A stretch of DNA of 64,000 bases, taken from assembly GCA_965218295.1 (NCBI GenBank), contig CBDCKN010000014.1:96001-160000 (forward strand), read 5' to 3'. The first letter of the stretch is position 1, and each line of letters starts with the position of its first letter. Both the position numbers and the translations under genes were made by a program. This stretch comes from Longimicrobiales bacterium (GTDB lineage Bacteria; Gemmatimonadota; Gemmatimonadetes; Longimicrobiales; Gaopeijiaceae). Under the pieces are notes generated by a model. The model had not been told where the DNA came from and made no database searches. It saw only the letters and a list, made by a program, of their open reading frames with translations. This document shows, one piece after another, positions 8,852 through 18,934 of this stretch.

Positions 8852-10801
8852 ATGAAGATGGTGAGTTACTGGTGTCGTACGGGTGCGGTGGGTGCCGTCG
8901 TCCTGATCGGTCTGCTAACGCTGCTGCGGGCAACTGTGCTGCACGCGCAAAGCGGCACAGCCGTGGCGACCGAATATGAGGTCGTCGTCGCCAAGAACGT
9001 CATGGTCCCGATGCGTGACGGGGTACGCATGGCGACCGACATCTACCGTCCGGCGCGCGGCGGCGAGGCGGAGCCGGGGCCGTTCCCGACTCTCCTCTCG
9101 CGCACGCCTTACGGCAAGAACGGCTCCCAGAACACCGCGCGGTTCTTGGCGCGGCACGGCTACATGGTGCTCATTCAGGACACGCGCGGCCGGTTCGATT
9201 CCGAGGGCACGTTCTACATCTACGTGAACGAAGGTGAGGATGGCTACGACGCCGTCGAGTGGGCCGCCGCCCAGCCCTGGTCGACCGGCGACGTCGGCAC
9301 CTTCGGCGGCTCCTACCTCGCCGCGACACAGATGTCCCTGGCGGTCGAGGCTCCCCCGCATCTGAAAGGGATGTTCGTCAGGGTGAGTACCTCGAACTAC
9401 TGGGAGGACGGTGCCGGCTCGGGCGGCGCCTTCGCGCTCCTCCACAACCTGACCTACGCCATGAATCTGGCGAGGAACAGCCAGGAGGCGATGGAGGATC
9501 TGCCGCGAAGCCGCGCCCTCACGGCTGGAGTCCAGCGCGACCAGCTCGCGCAGTGGATTCGCGCCTATCCGTTCTACCCCAACACGTCACCGCTGGAGCT
9601 GATCCCGACCTATCAGCGCTGGTTCAACGACTGGGTCGACCACCCAGACTTCGACGATTACTGGAAGCAGAACGGCTACACCTTCGAGCTCTACTACGAC
9701 CGGATCCCCGACATCCCGACGTATTTCATAGGCGGCTGGTACGACATCTTCCTCCGGGGCACGCTGAATAACTTCGCCGGCCTGATGGCAAAGAACTCCA
9801 GCCTCACCAAGCTGATGGTGGGTCCGTGGGAGCACGGCGTGGGGTCAGTGCGACGTGGGGATGTGGCCTTCGGACCCGAGGCCGAGGTCGACCTCGAAAT
9901 CGAGCGGCTGCGCTGGTTCGACCACATCCTGAAGGGAGAGGATGCCGGCGTGCTCGACGATTCGCCCGTTTGGCTCTTCATCATGGGCGGAGGTGACAAC
10001 GACCGGACCCACACCGGCAAGCTCGACCAGGGTGGCGAGTGGGTCTCGGCCTTGGCCTGGCCTCCGCCGCAGTCCACGGGGCGCGAGTTCTACCTGCATG
10101 CCGACGGCCGTCTCGCGCCGGATCCGCCCATCGGCGCGGCCGGACCGACCACCTACACGTTCGATCCCGCCAACCCGGTGCCGACGATCGGGGGCAAGGT
10201 GAACTCGGGTGCCCAGCTCGTCCCCCCGGCCCCGTTCGATCAGCGGTGCATCGCGGGGGAGATCTTCGGGTGCGAGGACGACCTGCCGCTGTCGGCCCGT
10301 CGGGACGTGATCGTCTTCCAGACGCCACCGCTCCAGGAGGACGTCGTGGTGCTGGGGCCGGTCTCGGTCAAGCTGTGGATCTCCTCTTCGGCCAAGGATA
10401 CGGACTTCACGGCCAAGCTCGTCGACGTCCACCCGCCGAGCGAGGATTATCCATCGGGCTACGACATGCTGCTGGCCGACCGCATCGTCCGCGCGCGTTA
10501 CCGGAACAGTCTCGAGACGGCCGAGCTGATGGAGCCGGGCGAGGTCTACGAGATCACCATCGACCTGCTGGGCATCGGCAACCGCTTCGAGGCGGGCCAT
10601 CGTATTCGTCTGGACATCTCGAGCAGCAACTTCCCGTTCTTCGACGTCAACCCCAACACCGGTGAGCGTCCGGGGCACCACACGCACATGGTCGAGGCCA
10701 TCAACAGCATCTACCATGACGCCGAGCATCCGTCGCATCTGATGCTGCCGATCATCACGGCGGAGACCACCACGAGCGCGGGCCAAGTGGGCAGACGCTG
10801 A
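8852..10801 (+). CDS. CocE/NonD family serine hydrolase, secreted
   Basis: Signal peptide; VPMRDGVRMATDIYRP, RTPYGK, GTFGGSYLA nucleophile, GGWYD, GPWEH, GHRIRLDISSSNFP. Confidence 0.92.
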   Translation: MKMVSYWCRTGAVGAVVLIGLLTLLRATVLHAQSGTAVATEYEVVVAKNVMVPMRDGVRMATDIYRPARGGEAEPGPFPTLLSRTPYGKNGSQNTARFLARHGYMVLIQDTRGRFDSEGTFYIYVNEGEDGYDAVEWAAAQPWSTGDVGTFGGSYLAATQMSLAVEAPPHLKGMFVRVSTSNYWEDGAGSGGAFALLHNLTYAMNLARNSQEAMEDLPRSRALTAGVQRDQLAQWIRAYPFYPNTSPLELIPTYQRWFNDWVDHPDFDDYWKQNGYTFELYYDRIPDIPTYFIGGWYDIFLRGTLNNFAGLMAKNSSLTKLMVGPWEHGVGSVRRGDVAFGPEAEVDLEIERLRWFDHILKGEDAGVLDDSPVWLFIMGGGDNDRTHTGKLDQGGEWVSALAWPPPQSTGREFYLHADGRLAPDPPIGAAGPTTYTFDPANPVPTIGGKVNSGAQLVPPAPFDQRCIAGEIFGCEDDLPLSARRDVIVFQTPPLQEDVVVLGPVSVKLWISSSAKDTDFTAKLVDVHPPSEDYPSGYDMLLADRIVRARYRNSLETAELMEPGEVYEITIDLLGIGNRFEAGHRIRLDISSSNFPFFDVNPNTGERPGHHTHMVEAINSIYHDAEHPSHLMLPIITAETTTSAGQVGRR

Positions 10802-11036
10802 GTGTCCAAATGGACGGCCTCAAGGGCCGCTAGCGGATGCGGACGGCGGCGGATCGCGGAGCTGAAGCTAAGGCTAGGAGATTCAAACGCCTTCGAGGGA
10901 GAGAAGGCCGGGTGGTTGGAGGCGGGATGAATCTGTAGGGAGTCGGGGGGGGGGGAAGGAAAAACACGAGAGTAGATGCTTGCGCCTACCGGCCCGCTCT
11001 CGGATGTTGACCTGGCCCGATCCTGGAGTGCGCTTC

Positions 11037-13720
11037 ATGTCCGATCCAGTAGTCCGCCTGAACGCTGCCTTAGAAGGCCGCTATGCCATCGAGCGTGAGT
11101 TGGGTGAGGGCGGGATGGCCACCGTGTACCTGGCCGAGGACATCAAGCACAACCGCAAGGTGGCCCTCAAGGTCTTGAAGCCTGAGTTGGCTGCGGTTGT
11201 CGGTGCCGAACGGTTCCTGACCGAGATCAAGGTCACCGCTAACCTGAATCATCCGCATATCCTGCCTCTCCACGATTCCGGGGAAGCCGACGGCTTCCTG
11301 TTCTATGTCATGCCCTATCTGGAAGGGGAGAGCCTTCGGGACCGGATAGACCGCGAGAAGCAGCTTCCGGTGGATGAGGCCGTGCGGATCGCCACGGCTG
11401 TGGCCAACGCCTTGGATCATGCGCATCGTCACAAGGTCATCCACCGGGACATCAAACCCGCGAACATCCTGCTCCAGGACGGCGAGCCGGTGGTGGCGGA
11501 CTTCGGGATCGCACTGGCTGTCGGAGCAGCAGGGGGCACCCGACTCACCGAGACGGGACTCAGCCTGGGCACACCCTTCTACATGAGCCCGGAGCAGGCG
11601 ACGGGTGATCAGCCGGTGGGCGCTTCCACCGACACCTACGCCCTGGGGTCCGTGCTGTACGAGATGCTGGTGGGCGAGCCTCCCTATCCAGGAACGACCG
11701 CCCAGGCAGTGCTGGGCAAGATCATCGCGGGTAAGCCCGTCTCGGCCACAGAGCAACGTCCGGCGATTCCGGCGAACGTGGACGCGGCGCTGCGGAAGGC
11801 CCTGGAGAAGATACCGGCGGATCGGTTCACCTCGGCGCAGGACTTCGTGAGGGCGCTGGGTGATGAGCACTTCCGGTATGGGGAGGCAGTTGCGAGAGTC
11901 GATGGTGCGGTCGCGAGTCCGTGGAATCGAGTGGCGATCCTGGGTTGGAGCGCTGCTGCTGTATTTGCCGTCACCCTCGGTTGGCCGCTCCTCCGTTCCG
12001 AGCCTCCCGAGCCTCCTGGGCCGATCACCCGGGTTTCCGTGCTGATGGGAGAAGATCAGTCCTTTCATTCCAATTTCGGAGTACTCGACCTTTCGACCGA
12101 TGGATCGCTCATGGTCTACAGAGGTCGAGGTGATGAAGGGCAACCTCAGGTGTGGGTGAGGCGGTGGGATGCCTTGGAGGCCACTCCGATCCGAAACACG
12201 GACGGGGCTTTCAGCCCGACGATTTCTCCTGACGGTCGCGAGGTGGTTTTTGGAGTGGCTGGCTCGATTCGGGTCGTCCCCCTCCAGGGGGGTATCGCGG
12301 ACCCTCACCGAGTCAGCCTGGTGCTGCCCAAGCTGGAGTCCGGAGGGTGATTGGGTCTATTACGTCAACGTGTCGCGAGGACTGAGCCGCGTGCCAGCGA
12401 GCGGTGGACCGCCCGAGGTTGTCACCCAGGTGGATAACACAGCCGGAGACGTTATCAATTTGTGGGTGGATGTGCTGCCGGGTGGCAGGGGCGTCTTGTA
12501 CATGGCGGCGGGGGCTGGGAATACCAACCAAAGAATCCAAGCCCTGGACCTGGAAACCGGCGAGATCAAGGATCTGACACCGGGCCAGACCCCACGGTAC
12601 AGCCGCGCCACCGGCGATCTGCTCTTCATGGACGCGAACGAGGGCACCCTTTTGGCCGCCCCCTTCGACGCGAAGAAGCTGGAACTTACGGGCGCGGCGG
12701 TGCCAGTGGCGGAAGAAGTGCTGCAACACGCCCAGGCATGGCCGTTCTTCGACATATCCGCATCGGGCAGGCTTGTTTACCGGACAGGTAGGGGAGGGGA
12801 TCTCGTCACCCCGGTATGGGTGGAGCGTGACGGAACCGTCCGAGAGGTCGATCCTGGATGGGAGTTTCCCGGCAACTTTGACCTTTCCAGTGTTGCGCTT
12901 TCCCCCGACGGCACCCGGCTCGTCACGTCGATCACGGACTCAGACGGGACCACAGACCTGTGGGTCAAGCAGCTGGACACCGGCCCTTTGTTCCGCCTCA
13001 CGTTCGAGGGAACGGAGAACCTCAGGGCTCTGTGGTCGCGGGACGGACAATTCGTCACGTTCGTGTCGAATCGTGCGGGACAACGGGATCTGTGGAGAAA
13101 GAAAGCGGACGGGAGTGGCCCGGCTGAGCTAGTGCTGGACAGGGAGCGGCCTCTCCAGGAATTCGTCTATTCGCCCGACGGCACCTGGCTGGTCTTTGTG
13201 GAATCAGACGGCGGGACCGCCAACTCCGACATCTACGGCATACGCCCCGGGGTGGACAGCGTAGCGACTCCGTTGGTCACGGAGGGGTCAAGCGCCGATG
13301 AGATGTCACTTTCCCCCGACGGTCGCTGGCTCGCCCATACCTGGGTACAGGACGGCGATGTTCAGGTGTACGTGCGTCCCTTCCCCGACGTTGATGCGGG
13401 CAGGTGGCAGATATCCACGACTAGGGGCGATGAGGACCGTGTGGGCACACAATGGTCGAGAGTTGTTCTATCAGGGCACGACGAACGCTGACGAACAAAT
13501 GGTTGCCGAAATCATCGGAGATCCATCGTTCGCGGTGGGGGAGCAGCGAGTCCTGTTTCCCTTGGCCACCTACCTAATCGGGAACGGTCACGCGGGATAC
13601 GACATCAGCCCGGATGACCAGCGATTGGTGATGCTGAAGGCCGTGGGGGGAGAGGACGACAGGCAATTGATCCTTGTCGATAACTGGTTCGAGGAGTTGA
13701 AGGAGCGGGTGGGCAACTAA
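11037..13720 (+). pseudogene. Ser/Thr protein kinase with TM segment and TolB/PD40-like beta-propellers; two frameshifts
   Basis: LGEGGMATVY, HRDIKPAN, DFGIA, GTPFYMSPEQ; SPDG repeats continue through ORFs 12169-13491 and 13298-13720; shifts at G runs near 12287-12292 and 13423-13426 (could be sequencing errors). Confidence 0.85.
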
Positions 13721-13858
13721 CGGTCCCGGTGGGTGAGGCGGTGGGATGCCTTGGAGGCCACTCGAGAGTGCTGCGCCCAGGTGGCCTCCGTTGGGTCGCC
13801 TCATCAGAGGCCGGGAACCCATCCCGACCTGACCGGGCCCGAAAGCCCGGTTTCGGCA

Positions 13859-14044
13859 TTAGTAGCCTGCCATGAAGTGGATCAGCCTGGTCACGTCATC
13901 CAAGTCCAGGAGAAGGTGGTGGTTGCCGTCCGCGTCCACATTGTGGTCGGCGGGCACCCGCAGAATCACGACGGGTGATCCGTCCTCCGCGAGTGGTATC
14001 TTAGTAACCGTCAAGCCAGCGATCTCTCGCTTCGTGCTACTCAC
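13859..14044 (-). CDS. Small hypothetical protein (61 aa)
   Basis: GGAGG RBS before GTG start; GC hairpin CCGGGC-CCGAAA-GCCCGG just downstream (~13833-13850). Confidence 0.35.
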   Translation of the reverse strand: MSSTKREIAGLTVTKIPLAEDGSPVVILRVPADHNVDADGNHHLLLDLDDVTRLIHFMAGY

Positions 14045-14181
14045 TCTGCGTCCCTCCGTTGGGGTTGTGGCTCGGGAGAATCTAACGCCCCCGATGCTCG
14101 GTCAGTTCCCGTACAGCGCCTCTCGACGAGTAGCGCCGCATAACGATTCTGTTAGGAGGCTCCTCCTCAGAAGGGAGTTTC

Positions 14182-14649
14182 GTGCTAGTTCAAGTCGGTG
14201 TGGATAGCCTCGGGTTGGACCGGAAGACCAAGATGCCCGTCGTCGTTCTCAAAGAGGAAGGCGGGGAGCAAGTGCTCCCCATTTGGATCGACCCCAATGA
14301 GGCCAGCGCCATTGCCAGGGGGCTCACCCAGATGAAGTTCTCCCGTCCACTGACCCACGACCTCCTAGTCTCCGTGTTGGAGAGCCTGGGCGGAGAACTC
14401 GAGAAGGTGGTCATCGGTCCGGTGGAGGGAAATCTTTTCTTCGCTGAGATGATCATGCGCCGACACGGAGAGGTCATCTCCATCGATGCGCGCCCGTCCG
14501 ACTCAATAGCAGTCGCATTACGTATGGAGGCCGAGATCTTCGTGCACAGCGATCTGCTGGGCCCCGCCTCCGTCGAGTTGGCGGAAGATCAACCGTCTGC
14601 TACACATAGATTCCAATACAATCCATACGTGTCTGATAAGATTCTATAA
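14182..14649 (+). CDS. Bifunctional nuclease family protein (DUF151); 3' end replaced by island insertion
   Basis: PVVVL, LPIWI, EASAIA, RPLTHDL, IDARPSDSIAVALR; native-looking tail resumes at 22541. Confidence 0.9.
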   Translation: MLVQVGVDSLGLDRKTKMPVVVLKEEGGEQVLPIWIDPNEASAIARGLTQMKFSRPLTHDLLVSVLESLGGELEKVVIGPVEGNLFFAEMIMRRHGEVISIDARPSDSIAVALRMEAEIFVHSDLLGPASVELAEDQPSATHRFQYNPYVSDKIL

Positions 14650-14757
14650 CTAGAGCTATTACAATGAGTTATGTAGGACACGCCCGGTTGCACTGTCGCT
14701 GTGTGTCCACTATGTTCCCGTACATGACATACGATACTTTATACGGGGACTCCCGAA

Positions 14758-15963
14758 TTGGATTTGCCCAAACACCGAGGCAGGCGCCCGCATAACGCAC
14801 TCAGCGCGGCCTTCGTGCGCAGCGCCAAGCCCGGATACTACTGCGATGGGAACGGCCTCTATCTGCGTGTGGACCGATCGGGCGCGCGCCGATGGGAGCA
14901 GCGTCTGCGGATCCAGGGTCGAAACCGCACGCTGGGGCTCGGGGGCTACCAGCTGGTATCGCTGGCCGAGGCGCGCGAGAAGGCATTCACGAACCGCAAG
15001 ATCGCGCGCTCGGGCGGTGATCCGCGTACCGAGCGGCACAAGGTCCGGGACATGCCCACGTTCGCCGAAGCGGCCGCCGGCGTTCTGGAACAGCTCCGGC
15101 CGGGCTGGCGCAGCGCCAGGCATGCGAAGGACTGGGTCTCCAGCCTGCGCGTCTACGCGTTCCCACAGCTGGGCCATCGACCGGTCGGCGAGATAACGAC
15201 AGCCGACATCCTGGCGGTGCTGACACCGATCTGGCACGCCAAGCAGGTGACTGCCAGACGGGTGCGCCAGCGCATTGGGGCGGTGATGAAGTGGGCGGTG
15301 GCGATGGGGCTTCGGCCGGACAACCCCGCCAGCGATGTGCTCGGTCAAGCGCTTGGCCGACAGCGCGTCGTAGTCCGGCACATGCGCGCGTTGCCTCACT
15401 CGAAGGTCGCGGGCGCGATGGAGACGGTGCGGAAGTCGCACGCTTACCCGGCCACGAAACTCGCCTTCGAGTTCCTGGTGTTGACGGCGGCCCGCTCGGG
15501 AGAGGTTCGCTCGGCGCACTGGGATGAAATCGACCTGGAGGCTCGAGAGTGGACGGTTCCCGCCGAACGCACGAAGGCCCATCGCCCCCACAGGGTGCCG
15601 CTGTCCGGGCGCGCCGTGGAGATACTGAGCGAGGCGCGGACGCTCGGGGGCGGCAGCGGTCTCGTTTTCCCGTCGCCGGAGGGCCGCGCATCTGCCCACA
15701 GCAGACTCTCCACGCTGCTTCGAGACCTGGGTATCGCGGCCGTGCCGCACGGCTTCCGGTCGAGCTTCAGGGACTGGTGCGGCGAGTGTTCCAACGCACC
15801 GCGTGAAGTCGCCGAGGCCGCGTTGGCGCATGCGGTTCGTAACAAGGTGGAAGCTGCCTATGCGCGTTCGGACCTGTTCGAGCGCAGGCGCGTCCTGATG
15901 GACAATTGGGCTGCGTATCTGGCGGGCGAGCGTCTGGACCCGGAGGCCGAACCGGCTCGCTGA
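14758..15963 (+). CDS. P4-type tyrosine integrase with arm-type DNA-binding domain
   Basis: DGNGLYLRV...LGLGGYQLVSLAEARE arm domain; LTAARSGEVR, RTKAHRPHRVPL, HGFRSSFRDW, LAH...AYARSDLFERRR catalytic motifs intact. Confidence 0.95.
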   Translation: MDLPKHRGRRPHNALSAAFVRSAKPGYYCDGNGLYLRVDRSGARRWEQRLRIQGRNRTLGLGGYQLVSLAEAREKAFTNRKIARSGGDPRTERHKVRDMPTFAEAAAGVLEQLRPGWRSARHAKDWVSSLRVYAFPQLGHRPVGEITTADILAVLTPIWHAKQVTARRVRQRIGAVMKWAVAMGLRPDNPASDVLGQALGRQRVVVRHMRALPHSKVAGAMETVRKSHAYPATKLAFEFLVLTAARSGEVRSAHWDEIDLEAREWTVPAERTKAHRPHRVPLSGRAVEILSEARTLGGGSGLVFPSPEGRASAHSRLSTLLRDLGIAAVPHGFRSSFRDWCGECSNAPREVAEAALAHAVRNKVEAAYARSDLFERRRVLMDNWAAYLAGERLDPEAEPAR

Positions 15964-16059
15964 TCCGCCGCGCTCGCAGTGTCGGCGGACGAGTCCGTCA
16001 GGCGCTGAAGAGCAGGGGCGCGAAGGCTGGCTCACGACCCGTATGTGGACGCCCCCCGG

Positions 16060-16330
16060 GTTGGCAAGCCTGACTTCGAACCGAGGTTGGTGGCAATCAG
16101 GTCCGGTACTGTCGTATGTCCGGCCTCTTGATGCAGCCCTCGTTGGCTGCGGGCCCGTATGGTGTTCGTGAGATCGGATCCAAATCGTTAGGTCGGGCTC
16201 GGTGGCCCTTCGGGTCATCCTGGTGTTTCCGATCCCGTCTTCCAGACCGTTTGCCCTTACTCGTTCTTGCGTCCTGCTGCCCACATCTCCCAGCAGCTTT
16301 CTCTGTTTGCGCTTCTCTCCTTTCATTGGC
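16060..16330 (-). ncRNA. Predicted bridge RNA/seekRNA of the IS1111-type element
   Basis: Non-coding end with stems (16172-16178/16228-16234; 16195-16198/16205-16208) enclosing segments matching the flanking target, plus a match to the circle junction; boundaries approximate. Confidence 0.7.
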
Positions 16331-16333
16331 CGG

Positions 16334-17356
16334 TCAGGCGGCAGCGCGAACCCGATGGATCTCCTTCTTCGTGGTCAGCGCCCAGACCATCCGCGCCGTC
16401 CTGTTGGCGAGCGCCACCGCGACCAGCATCTTCGGCTTGCGTGCCAGCATCCTGGCCAGCCACGGATCCGTGATCTCGCCGCGCCGGATCGCGTTTTGGA
16501 CGACCGCCATGGCTCCCGTGATCAAGAGCCGCCGGAGATCGCGCTGGCCCATCTTCGATATCCTGCCCAGCCTCGGCTTGCCGCCGGTGGTGTGCTGCCG
16601 CGGCACAAGGCCGAGCCAGGCCGAGAAGTCGCGCCCGCGCCGGAAGCTCTCCATCGGCGGTGCGAAGGCCTGCAGTGCCATCGCGGTGATCGGTCCGATT
16701 CCGGGGATTGTCATCAGCCGCGCCGTCTCTTCGCGCTCCCGTGCGCTCGCCCGGAGCTTCCTGTCGAATCCATCGATCTTCTCATCGAGCTCGTCGATCC
16801 GCCCGAGCAGCAGCCATCCCAGCTCGACGACCGCCTCCGGCAGGCCGACGTCCCCGTCTTCCAGCACCCAGGCCAGTTGCCCGATCCGGGCCCTGCCCTG
16901 CGGAGCAACAACTCCGAACTCGGCGAGGTGACCCCGAAGGGCATTGATCGTCTGTGTGCGCTGGCGCACCAGCAGGTCACGCGTGCGAAAGAGCATCCCC
17001 TGACCCTGCTGCGCTTCGGTCTTGACCGCCACGAAGCGCATGGTCGGACGCTGTGCGGCTTCCGAGATCGCCTCCGCGTCCGCCGCGTCGTTCTTCTGCC
17101 TCTTGACGAAGGGCTTCACGTAGATCGGGGGAACCAGCTTCACCTCGTGACCGAGGGCCACGATCTCCCGGCCCCAGTAGTGGGCGCCGGCGCATGCCTC
17201 CATCGCCACCGTGCAAGGCGGCTGCGCGGCGAGAAAACTCAGCAGCTTCCCGCGGCTCAGCTTCCTGCGGTACGCTACCGACCCGTTCGCCTTCGCCCCG
17301 TGTACCTGAAAGCTGCGCTTTGCCAGATCGATCCCGATGATGCTAACCTCCTCCAT
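16334..17356 (-). CDS. IS110-family DEDD recombinase/transposase
   Basis: IGIDLAK, VAMEAC, KNDAADAEAI, IPGIGPITA, AWLGLVPRQHTTGGK, ISKMG motifs. Confidence 0.95.
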   Translation of the reverse strand: MEEVSIIGIDLAKRSFQVHGAKANGSVAYRRKLSRGKLLSFLAAQPPCTVAMEACAGAHYWGREIVALGHEVKLVPPIYVKPFVKRQKNDAADAEAISEAAQRPTMRFVAVKTEAQQGQGMLFRTRDLLVRQRTQTINALRGHLAEFGVVAPQGRARIGQLAWVLEDGDVGLPEAVVELGWLLLGRIDELDEKIDGFDRKLRASAREREETARLMTIPGIGPITAMALQAFAPPMESFRRGRDFSAWLGLVPRQHTTGGKPRLGRISKMGQRDLRRLLITGAMAVVQNAIRRGEITDPWLARMLARKPKMLVAVALANRTARMVWALTTKKEIHRVRAAA

Positions 17357-17553
17357 TGGATGCCTCCTCCCTCAGATGGTCGATATCGCTCAGTACCATC
17401 TTGGCACATTGCGATGCCGCCGGGAGGGGGCGTCCACCCCATCGTTAGCAGTCATGAGCCAGCCTACCCCTTGGGGCCACGCTTCGCGGGTCCCCGGCAG
17501 GGGCTGGCGAGGGGCTGGGCCCCCTCTGACCCCCCCAACGGCAACAGCGCATC

Positions 17554-17670
17554 ATGAGCGCTGGACGCGCCGTGTGGGTGAAGATCCGCGCCAGCGAGGC
17601 GGAGCCTGCCGAGTGGCACGCTAAGGCGCGCTCCGCAGGCTTGACGCTGTCGGATCTGGTGCTGCGGATT
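17554..17670 (+). pseudogene. MobC/ribbon-helix-helix relaxosome accessory protein, N-terminal remnant
   Basis: VWVKIRASEAE.AEWHAKARSAGLTLSDLV is RHH/MobC-like; similarity appears to stop at ~17670. Confidence 0.55.
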
Positions 17671-17803
17671 CAGCCTTTTGACACAGTACAAATAGGGCAT
17701 GGAAACAATGCAATTATGCTATTGACGAGACGGTTTCAGCGAGCCCAAGATTTCCGTTGAAATCGCTGCTGGACTCCCATCTTTCGGACATTCAGGAATC
17801 CGA

Positions 17804-18142
17804 ATGAGCTGTCACCGAACCATCATCCGGCTGTCAGCGGTGCTAGCGGTTGTGGCCTTGGCCACGGGGTACGGGGACGGTGACAGCCCTGCCGCGCCTC
17901 CAACGCCAGAGCCCGCCCGTCCGACGAGTGCGGGTAGCGGACAGGGAACGGCAGACCTGGACCGTGCGGCGCTGGTCGCGCTCTACAACGCGACGAACGG
18001 GCCGAACTGGACCAACAATGACAACTGGCTGGCCGACGTGCCGCTGGAGGAGTGGTACGGGGTGGTGACGGGCAGTGACGGGCGTGTTACACGACTCTCT
18101 CTGTGGGAGAACAATCTCACCGGCCCGATCCTCCCGAACTAA
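17804..18142 (+). pseudogene. Truncated leucine-rich-repeat surface protein (LRR cap plus first repeat)
   Basis: Signal-like N-terminus then DRAALVALYNATNGPNW...NWL...WYGV...GRVTRLSLWENNLTGPI; stops after one repeat. Confidence 0.7.
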
Positions 18143-18319
18143 CCACATATTATGTAACCGACATTATCACAATATGTTAGAACATGTGGCCGCAAATGAT
18201 GTATCACTCAGGATATACATTTCTGAGCGAGATTCCATGGGACCCAACCGGATGTCGGTGGATCAGATTCTGGTGATTGCCGCAGGCCAAATGCTACTGC
18301 CTGAGATCAGGATCGGCAG

Positions 18320-18620
18320 TCACCGTCCTCGGACCGGCAGCCTCCGGACCACCACGCTGGGCACATCGAATTCACCAAGCTCAATGAACGCCGCCAGCCC
18401 GTTCGGGCCGAAGGCGTCGGGCATCTCGGTCGTCCCGGTGCGGTAGGTGCCGACGTATCCGCCCTCGGTCGTCAACACATCGATTGGGCCGTCCTCAAGA
18501 AGGCTCTCGCCTTGGCGCATCACCCAGATCCGGCCCTCCCAAGTAGTCTGCAATCTCAAGAGGACGGGTATCTCGGGGTAGAAGGGCTGAATCTCGCCGA
18601 ATTCCTCGCTCACGTTTCCG
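18320..18620 (-). pseudogene. C-terminal remnant of a 6-bladed beta-propeller protein
   Basis: FYPEIPVL...TTWEGRIWV...GPIDVLTTEGGYVGT...PDAFGPNGLAAFIELGEFDVPSVVVRRLP; no 5' part found. Confidence 0.5.
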
Positions 18621-18934
18621 GAATCCACGGCTGTAGAACCGGTGACAGTCCACCGCGTCGGCTGGCTTAGACGCCCAAGGCGCGCTAGGTCGAGTCGTCC
18701 ACGGGACGCCGGACACGCGTACGGTGCCCATGTTCTTGCCATACATCGGGGAGTCCGATGGCGGACAGCAGCCCATGCCGCCAAGTGTTCCAGTTCGACG
18801 CCGAGGGAGGCGCATCGCCCCAGGCAGGGGTTGGAGGCGTTGGCCATGCTTGTAGATTTCAGATGGTATCGCAAAGGGACGCCGGGCTTTCCGCGAGGCT
18901 CCCCCAGAGGCGCAACCAGACAGGGAGAGCACCG

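Larger units (their letters stand above)
16042..17444 (-). mobile_element. IS110 family, IS1111-type insertion sequence
   Basis: 12-bp sub-terminal IRs GTGGACGCCCCC (16045-16056) and GGGGGCGTCCAC (17426-17437), offset 3 and 7 nt from the ends; CG at both junctions; long non-coding region downstream of the transposase. Confidence 0.88.

Noticed and set aside
10946..10956. Long G tract upstream of the kinase as a phase-variation switch
   Set aside because: Intergenic, no promoter elements recognisable around it, and length unreliable given other homopolymer indels.
14560..14760. tRNA target next to the integrase
   Set aside because: No cloverleaf or TTCGA/CCA signature; the attachment core lies within the DUF151 CDS.
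17670..17692. CCTTTTGACACAGTAC as an IS end truncating mobC
   Set aside because: Only a vague resemblance; no matching second end or transposase found.
18620..18934. Riboswitch or Fur box upstream of the TonB receptor
   Set aside because: No cobalamin/TPP consensus or Fur-like palindrome recognised by eye; an Rfam scan would be needed.
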